A DNA stretch of 64,000 bases from positions 24,090,150 to 24,154,149 of the forward strand of contig NC_134026.1 of assembly GCF_964204645.1 (NCBI RefSeq), given 5' to 3'. The stretch is from Tubulanus polymorphus (Eukaryota; Animalia; Nemertea). Under the pieces are notes generated by a model. It saw nothing but the letters and a program-made list of their open reading frames with translations, did no database searches and had not been told where the DNA came from. The position numbers and the translations under genes were made by a program. Of the stretch, positions 55,871 to 64,000 are shown in pieces; the stretch's first letter is position 1, and every line of letters starts with the position of its first letter.

Positions 55871-57559
55871 GTTTTCACATTATCCGATGACAAAATGTAG
55901 AGTATAAGAATCAATCAGCCAAAACCTGCATAAAAAAGATTGAAAAAAAGGATTTCATCGAATCATTTATCAATCAGACAGAATAGATTCGTTTTTCTAG
56001 AAAAAATCTGGTTTTGCCAGAAATAACTTATAAGGCCTATCACTGCAGTTCTAGTGTATGTGTGCTGACAATAAGGGAGGCTAAAAATAAACACAAAATT
56101 CCAAGGATATTATCCTGTCCTTTATTATACGATATACGGTATTGATAAAGATAAAAAGAGCCCTAGTATAATTAGGGTTAGGGTTCGTTTGAGGCCTAGG
56201 CTAATCATTTTTGAATATGTCTGACATTTGAGACATAAAATAATGAAGTCCAATATTAATCAAATAAATACCAATTGATATTTGTAAAATATGTTAGGCC
56301 CTATTGCATGCTTATGTATTTCGACACTAAGGTGAATATTATCAGTTCAAGGTTGCGTGGAGTCATTTGTTTACATTTGCACTAATTGCGTTTAAACTGG
56401 CAGGCAGATTGTAGACGTTAGTCTGAATACCAGATGATGTACAGATTCCTACGCGTCTGAAGCCTAACTGTGAAACTGTTGTTTCTTGTAATGCAGCTTT
56501 TTATCAAATAAATTAAATGGTTACTTGCTTGACCTTGAAAATGTGTTAATATTAATATTTATATTTTTGATGATATATTCGGAAATCTAAAAATTCATTG
56601 ATTTGAATTTGTGTTAGGCTAGAATTTGATATCAAACGTTTTGATCCCTAAATTATAATCTGTTGAAAAACTTATTGATTTGGCAATAATTAATTAGGAA
56701 TCAATATCTTTAAAATTCTTTGAAATAAGAATTAAATCCACCAATAAACACATTGTGGCAGCTTTAGACTTTGTTCACTTCCAACTGTATTTTGACAAGG
56801 CGACTAAGCCTACATACTGTCCTCTAAGTTTTGCGGTTCCCCAGATTACGCAGATAGGAACGTTTTCTGCCTCTGTACGGACTACAAAATAGATAGACAA
56901 TTCAATTCAAAAATCTCTTTATTATACTGATACACCCTTTAGGGGTCGAGACGCAGACAGTCAGTAATTCAGTTAAATCTACACGAGAGGTGCATTGGAT
57001 TTTGGATCAAGGAGTAGAGTTGCACAATGGAAAATAAAGGCTAGGCCTAGATGGCGAACTCAGTGAATGTTTTATTGTACATTTTGCAGTAATATTTCAT
57101 CATTTTCAACACACCGACAAGGGCAAGAGGAAAGCCCATATTCGTGGTGGTGGTCTTTGACAGATCTCAACGGTCAGATCATCACCAGACCTGGTCATCA
57201 GCTACTCGACCCTTAGCGCCCTTGTGTAACTGACCAAAATTGTGATTGTCAATTTGGGGACAGACAGGCGTTATTAGCCGATGGACAGTGCTATTACAGA
57301 GCATCACTAACAAAACACAATAACAGTTCAGCAGTGTAAGGTGTTATAAATTTCAATTTTACTCGAACGGAACGTCGTGTTTTGAACTTGAAGAACCCTA
57401 CCTCGCTCTCCCTTGTCCGAACGAGGTCGAATTTAATCCAGAATAAAACCCCCTCTCTATTCAGTCGGGGGTCTGAAAGCTACCATATCATGATCCAGCG
57501 TAAATAAACGCCGAAATAAACGAGTAAATTGCAATTTCACCCTATTTTGACCCGGATCT

Positions 57560-57710
57560 CAGCAAAGATGGCGATCTGTCAACAACAAGTGACGTCATTG
57601 TGGGAGGTGCAGATCATGTGACCTCTATTTGTGTGTAGAGGGCGTAAAAAGCACGTGGTATTTGTTTATGTTATACACTATCGCTAAAGAGATAGATGGC
57701 GCCTTAGTGA
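57560..57710 (-). promoter_or_regulatory. Probable MTMR3/4 promoter
   Basis: YY1-like aagatggcg, palindromic CRE tgacgtca (57590), E-boxes catgtg and cacgtg, and CTCF-like tagatggcgc. Confidence 0.5.
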
Positions 57711-59101
57711 ATAGTGTAGTGTTCATAAACTAGCCAAAAAGAATTTTGTTTTCAATGTGAAGACTTTAAACTTGCCAGCCGATCTAGGTTTTCCTCTTTG
57801 TTTTCGTATCTATACCATATAGCCTTCTTTGATGGTTAATAATGATATGATATATGATATGATATCTCCACTCAATTTACCCGATTGCCTTCGTTCTTGC
57901 TTGATCCTATGCCATACTAAAAATTACCACTTTTCTCGACGAATATCATCTATTGCAGAATTATGTAGATCATCGCGCAGTAGCAACTACATTTGTGTTT
58001 GGAACCTTCTTTTTAGACTTGCGTTTGAACCTGAACTACTAAGTGTGTGAATCTACAATTCTTGGAAATTATGAGAAAACGAAGCTCAATCAGCCTCGTT
58101 TAAGAATTTAAAACTTTCATCATTCCGGCCCTTGAGGAACTTTTATATTTTTCTTACCATACGTAGGCCTATACATATTCTGTGTACAGTGTTGTTGTTT
58201 TCGTTCTTCTCTGTCAGAAATTGTTTATCTTTTATTCTATACTATGTTTTATAATTGTAAATACATTTCGTGACTCGTTGAGGTGTGTGTTCCTTTCATC
58301 TCCTTTCGAAATTTCTTCTCAGGCAATGGAAAATCCATTCATTCCCCCAGAGATTCCCTCAGAGAAAAAAGTTCTGATACTACTCCCCCGAAAATACTAA
58401 TCGACTTCAGTTCAAACTTGAGGAAGCGACTCCTGTAAACCTCTTATTCACCGATTCTTACTGCGAAGCTTCACTTAGAGGTTACATCGGCCTCCATTTG
58501 GTGTCAAGTGTTAAGGTGTTCTGGGGCTAACGTGATAGTAAAACTACGCAATAAATCGCGAGAGAGAAATGAAATATAAGTCCCACAATCACGAGTTCGA
58601 AAGAGATTTTAAAACATCAAAACTATAAAAAATTAGTAAAACCTCGAATTTTCGGTTTTATTCTAAAAACCATTTTCAAGAGTGAATTTTTCATTAAATT
58701 CCCATTCAAATTCCTGTGTCAATGGTAACCTTGGTTTCTCCCCCCATAATAAACTTTTGTCATTCTTTTGTTCTGGGGCTGTATTTGATTGAAAAAAATC
58801 ATTCCTTTGCATTGTGGTAAGACAGTCAGTGCTTGAATTTATACAGTGTCAAGACATGTTTGACGAATACGATATTTTCTCAGTTGCTGGTGCAGAACAT
58901 CCAATCAAACATCACGTGTTAAAAACGACTCGACGTCGCGCAAGTAATTTTGAATTTCCGAAAGGGAAAACCTCGCGTTAATGCACCTTATAGAGAAAAT
59001 ATATTTTGAATCAAACAGAGAAAAATCATAATCTTTATATTCATTTTTCAATTTATTCGCTTTCATCTAACAAACATTTCTTTTCTAACAATGATATAAA
59101 A

Positions 59102-59478
59102 CTACCAACAACATCTACCGATAGCAAATCCGCTACCACTGCAACAGTTGTGATCTGGTCCACCAATCACCCACCAGGTTCCTCGTTTGCCGTTGACTTT
59201 ACAAGTACATGGAATTCCTCTCTTTTCAATCTCAACTTCTATAATGCATGTATAGAAATAAACTTGCTATAGAGTTCGCAGAAGCAAATGTAATCAAATT
59301 TTGTGCGTGAATTTTGATATATATTAGTGACATGTTTTGGGCGGATCATATGAGTCGTCCAAAAGATTTTTGTCCAAATTCTACTATATTGATGGATAAT
59401 ACGATATTTACCTTCAGCAGCAATGGCACCAATGACCATGAAAACGGCCAGGGCAACGAAAAGAGTTTTGGTAAACAT
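59102..59478 (-). CDS. Secreted cysteine-rich defensin/toxin-like peptide precursor A (67 aa)
   Basis: Exons 59478-59412 and 59238-59102 (phase-1 GT-AG intron) give MFTKTLFVALAVFMVIGAIAAEEVEIEKR-GIPCTCKVNGKRGTWWVIGGPDHNCCSGSGFAIGRCCW*. Acceptor ttttcag lies 1 nt before the ATG; AATAAA at 59057-59052. Confidence 0.88.
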
Positions 59479-59597
59479 TCTGAAAAATTGTATAAAACAA
59501 GATAATTTACGTGGCTCCAGGATGAGTTACCGCATCTTAGTCGAAATATCTAACTGAGGCAAACATACTATTGAATTTAGATTATTAAAAAACTTAC

Positions 59598-59665
59598 CTT
59601 CAATGAGTGTGAATGCGTAGACGATTCAATAACAAAAACTGACAGAAATCAGTTCTTTTATAGTG
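59598..59665 (-). promoter_or_regulatory. TATA box and non-coding first exon of peptide gene A
   Basis: Minus strand TATAAAA at 59662-59656, TCAGTT Inr-like at 59642-59637, and donor ag|gtaagt at 59597. Confidence 0.6.
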
Positions 59666-60384
59666 ATAGAGCCTTTACGCGTAATCGGCTTTTCGGATGA
59701 AACTTTTCACGTATGCCAAAAAGCAGAAGCTTTACATTTTCAATAAGGATATTATTTATGTATTTTCAATATCATTAGAATATATACATACATTGACTCT
59801 TAAGCCCCATTTGAAACTTTGCGTCGCTCAGATTTAACCAATAACTTCACTGCTTTTTAACAATATGTAGTTGAGATCGGTCCACATCGATTCGGGTTTT
59901 AAGAAGCAAACAAACAAACAAACAAACACCTTCCATAGGTGGAACAACTGGAATGGGAGTTTTCAAATTAAGCAGGTTATATTTCATCGCCGGGGACTCC
60001 AAAACAAAATGAAAGTTGAATAAAGATTTCTAGTACGTATTTTATATAACCAGGGGATTCCAAGAATAAGAAATATATAAATCAAGAGTTCCGCGAGTTT
60101 TTGGGGCCCCGAAATATTCTTTGCGATCCAAATTGTGCCCTTTTCTGTAGTCACCTCCAAAAATTCTGCCTTTCTTCGTGGGCACGACTTCACCCGATTC
60201 TCGGAAAGAATCTAGTTTGAATGATTTGAACGGGAAATGTGAAATGTGTAGCCAAATGTGAGCAAAAATGGTCGAGATTTCCCGAAATATCCAAATTACG
60301 TACGTGCACATTCTAATACTGTCGATGAGAGAAACTATAATGGATCGTAGTAGCTTTATATCAATAAAATAATATATAAATTAT

Positions 60385-60495
60385 ATATAATATATAATAT
60401 ATAATATATAATATATAATATATAATATATAATATATAATATATAATATATAATATATAATATATAATATATAATATATAATATATAATATATAG
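60385..60495. repeat. (TATAATA)n tandem repeat
   Basis: About 15 near-perfect 7-bp units, pure A/T. Confidence 0.95.
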
Positions 60496-60784
60496 TATAT
60501 ATTATATAGATAAAAGAAGCGAGTAAAACTGGACCATTATATTTTCTAGTTATGGTAGCTATTAGACAACAACGTGAAATACGTGATTAAAGTTTTGTAT
60601 CAAAATATTGTTGTTGCGAATCATTCGCCGTATAATTGACCTGCGAGTGAATTCGGGAAACTAAAGTTGACACATTGAGACGAATTCGGTGCGAAGTCTG
60701 ATTCAACGCACGGGCGAACCCCGATCCAAAGTATTGAATTTCATTTTCAACGTCTGAAATGGATCTCAATACGTTTATACTGAA

Positions 60785-61018
60785 TCATCATCATCATCAT
60801 CCCACCAAGCACAGGACAGTATGCAACTTTCAAAGCAGAGGCTTCAATCTATAGGACTCGAATGTAAAACGAATGTTCCAAGCCAACTTCCGTCGTGATT
60901 TGGGATAGTACCGCATTCTGGAGTTGTCGAAAGATGAACACGAATGTTCCAGAGCTGGCCTTATATGTTGGCCAAACCGACTGATTGATGAAAGCCAGGT
61001 TTCCTTTTTTTCAAACAC
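60785..61018 (-). mobile_element. Possible decayed LINE 3' fragment
   Basis: Minus-strand peptide HIRPALEHSCSSFD loosely resembles the RPxLEYxxxxWDP motif downstream of the RT in CR1/L2-type LINEs. It is followed by an (ATG)n tail. Confidence 0.25.
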
Positions 61019-61614
61019 ACATGAAAAAATCCAACCAAGTTTTTGAATATACTTTTTAACACATGTTACGATGAAAAATCGTGAATAATTTTTGAATAAT
61101 CCAACCAGGATTTAATCTTTGTTGACAAATCCCACCAAGCTGGTGTTTATTTGAGGCAATAAATGGAGGATTTCTGCTGGCACAAGCTACTGTTATCTCA
61201 ACACAGACACCAATAACAACCAGGTAAGCACTTCTCCGAAGCCGAAGGCTTTTTGAATTACCTGGAGCACGGATTTTTTTCTCGTAAAAAATGGGAGGGT
61301 GAAGGGAAAATATGAGAATAATTTTTTTTTGTAATAGGTGTTCCAAAATGGAAGGGGACTAACTTTTTTTAATTATTTGAGTATTTTCCGCATAAAACCT
61401 CGGTAGGACTGCAGAAAAAAAAATAAAAAGAGAGTATGAAAATTGTGATTAATTTGATTCAAATGATAGGAGAAATTTAGATGAAAATATGAAAGAGGTC
61501 TAAATTAAAATGTTTTTTTTAAAACTTTTGCCGATTTTTGCCGAGTTCCGAATGCCTAATATCAAACGCTCAATCAGCAAATGATTCTACTATACATCAA
61601 AATCTATTTTCAGA

Positions 61615-61916
61615 ATGTTTACCAAAACTTTGATTGTTACTTTGGCCATTTTCATGGTTCTCGGAGCCGCCACGGCTTCAGGTAATTTTTTCGTTAACCA
61701 TTCTACAATTAAAATGGTTCATGCACGAAATTTTCGTTCAGTTTTTATATTTATTTCTGATCTTTTTAAATTACAGATGAAGTACATATTGCCAAGAGAG
61801 GTGTACCATGTTTCTGCCCAGGTAGATTCGGTCTCGGCCAGGGAACCTACTGGCTGATTGGTGGACCAAGCAGCAACTGTTGCAGCTGGGGTATTGGAAA
61901 ATGTTGCAAAAACTAA
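61615..61916 (+). CDS. Secreted cysteine-rich defensin/toxin-like peptide precursor B (68 aa)
   Basis: Exons 61615-61681 and 61777-61916 (phase-1 intron at the same position as gene A) give MFTKTLIVTLAIFMVLGAATASDEVHIAKR-GVPCFCPGRFGLGQGTYWLIGGPSSNCCSWGIGKCCKN*. Same ttttcag-a-ATG context; AATAAA at ~61946; possible UTR donor cag|gtaagc at ~61224. Confidence 0.88.
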
Positions 61917-63983
61917 TACATTCCATGAATATGTATAGAATATCAAATAAAATAAAAAGAGTGATCAAAATCATTATTTTGGTTTTCAATTGCTATTAAG
62001 GTTACTATTTAATGTGAAAATCTTTTTATCGTTGCTCTAGCCGTACAGAAATTTTTTTAGTATGGCCTCGGTTGTGAATTAATCCAAGTATGGTCGTGAA
62101 ATCCTGAATTTTATTCATTTTCTTGCGTGAAAACGTGAATTCTAGGCTATCCCGGCTGTTCTCCAGCCGCAGAGTTTTAAAAATCATTTTTCAAGATTTG
62201 GAGTATCGGATGAATGGCCATGTCTGTATCAAGTTCATAGTGAAAATATAATAAGGATGATGATAAACTATCAGTATTTTGCTGCAGATGAAAGCCGGAA
62301 ACAAAGCACTAGACGAAAGATAAATTTCATTTCCTCCCACACGCGTACGTACCTCTTTCTACTACCGTGAGAGCGCGCGACTCTCTCCTACCCATTGGTG
62401 GCAAGCCGCCGTTGCATCACCCTGTCACTTTTGCTTCTAGAGTACCACCGACCGGCGGCTGCATTAACTGTCTGGAACCTGGAATATTTACAAAAAGGAA
62501 CATTGATCTGTTGAATTTTTACATATCTGAGTAAGTCCTTAATTGTACTTTTTGATCAGTTATTTTATCACTTTTTTCGTTATCAGTTTTGCAGAAAAAA
62601 GATTGATTATATACGTACGTATAAGTAATGTAATTGCACATGCTTCATGATATTTGAATTCAAATATTCTGAATTATCTAATTTGCGCTTGCAACTTCAT
62701 ATCATTTACATATGGCCCGTTGTTTTTATGAAAAATCCGCGGGAATTATTGATGCGTATTTATAGGATTCGAACCTTAACACGAGAATGCGCGATTTGAA
62801 TGCATCTAAATGCTGTCTGAACCGCGTGCTGTAAAATCGGAGTCATCACTTGCAGGTGCGGACAGAATGAATTTGTCCATAGAACTCGAATCACATTTTT
62901 TTTTTTAGTTCTATGGTTTTCGATCCGACAATCTTAAGTCTGAGATACAGTACTTAGGCCTAAGGGCTGTAAGATTCATGCAAAATATCGTCTTCCTTCA
63001 TGAAAGCAGATGATCAGAGAAAAGTGAACCGTCGAAATGCGCAATCACAAACCGCGACGGCCTCGGGATTTTCACTTTTTAGTTTTTGTTTTGACATGTC
63101 CATTGAATAAATAACGTCGGGTCTATGCTATTATCCCTCATTCCCTGCTCTATCGGTTCCTATCATTGTTAATGTCAAATCGTCATTCGTCATGGTTCTA
63201 TTCTACAACAAAAGGCAAAGGCCATAAAGGGCGGATCTAGGGTAAAAAAGGAAAGGGCTAATCTAGGACTGGATCTGCCACTGTTTCAATTTTTAAAAGT
63301 GAAAAAAGAAAACTGGCAATCTATTCTAATTGTGAAGTAGTGGATAAACAATGCAGGGATTTTACAGGCCACATGCTATTTGTTTACCGCGACCAGAGGC
63401 CTTCACTTGTCTTTGTGGGGCATTTTGCTTGTCAATGGGATGGGGCCCTCATCTTGGTGGGGGAATGATATTTTTCAAAATTTGCTGCCAGGTGCCTTTG
63501 CCTGGATGTATTCTTCCAGATTTCAGAATTTCAAAACTAATATTGGATAGGCCTATATATTTTTTTCACGACAAAATCACAAGAGAAATGATTTGATAAG
63601 AGCTGTACCCAATGCCTACTCTAAAAGACCTGAACACTTTCGATAGGCCTATGCTGCATATTTCCATTGTTTCTGGCGACTCCCTGCTGCTACCTCCTTG
63701 TCAGGATTGATTTCTTGGAAAATGTTAGCGGGCCATCCATTGCAGCACTCCTGCTTTAAAACTCTGGATATCTCTTACACCTTTTGCTAAATCCACCCTT
63801 GTGGACCTTCTGTGGGCCTTCTAAAAACTGCTATGAATTGGAAATCAAGGAAATTGAAAGTCTTACAAAGCAAACTTTGTTGAGTTAGGCTTCCTTTGAG
63901 CTTGCCTTTTTCCCACAGTTGAGGGGCAGTCAGCTATTTCAGGTTGTAGTGTTTCTTATTGTTTTCAGGTGTTTAGAGAGATA

Positions 63984-64000
63984 ATGGCCCAGACTGCAGA
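63984..64000 (+). other. Possible start of next gene (MAQTA..., truncated by window edge)
   Basis: Polypyrimidine acceptor ttttcag at 63968 followed by ATG. A GC-richer promoter-like patch at 62330-62470 and a donor gtaagt at ~62531 lie upstream. Confidence 0.3.

Noticed and set aside
59006-59505. Plus-strand ORFs 59006-59272 and 59314-59505 (and minus-strand 61719-61989)
   Set aside because: Antisense shadows of the spliced peptide genes.

Overview
Eukaryotic, AT-rich, gene-dense invertebrate genomic DNA with many short GT-AG introns. It is probably a protostome/lophotrochozoan; this is inferred from protein style and is not established. Reading spliced models by hand gives 11 conserved genes: GPATCH3, a short stathmin-like gene, MRPL18, NSRP1, ASPHD-like, EIF4ENIF1/4E-T, DRG1, UBLCP1, RhoBTB, TADA2A and MTMR3/4. 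Most sit in head-to-head pairs. Several non-autonomous transposons are present (HINE/DINE-like, MITEs). The most striking feature is a divergent pair of small spliced genes at about 59.1-61.9 kb that the ORF track does not assemble. Each encodes a signal peptide, a short propeptide ending in KR, and a 38-aa six-cysteine peptide (GIPCTC.../GVPCFC...). These resemble sea-anemone defensin-fold neurotoxins but have a different CxC-CC-CC framework. All homology calls are from memory of the protein families; no searches were run.
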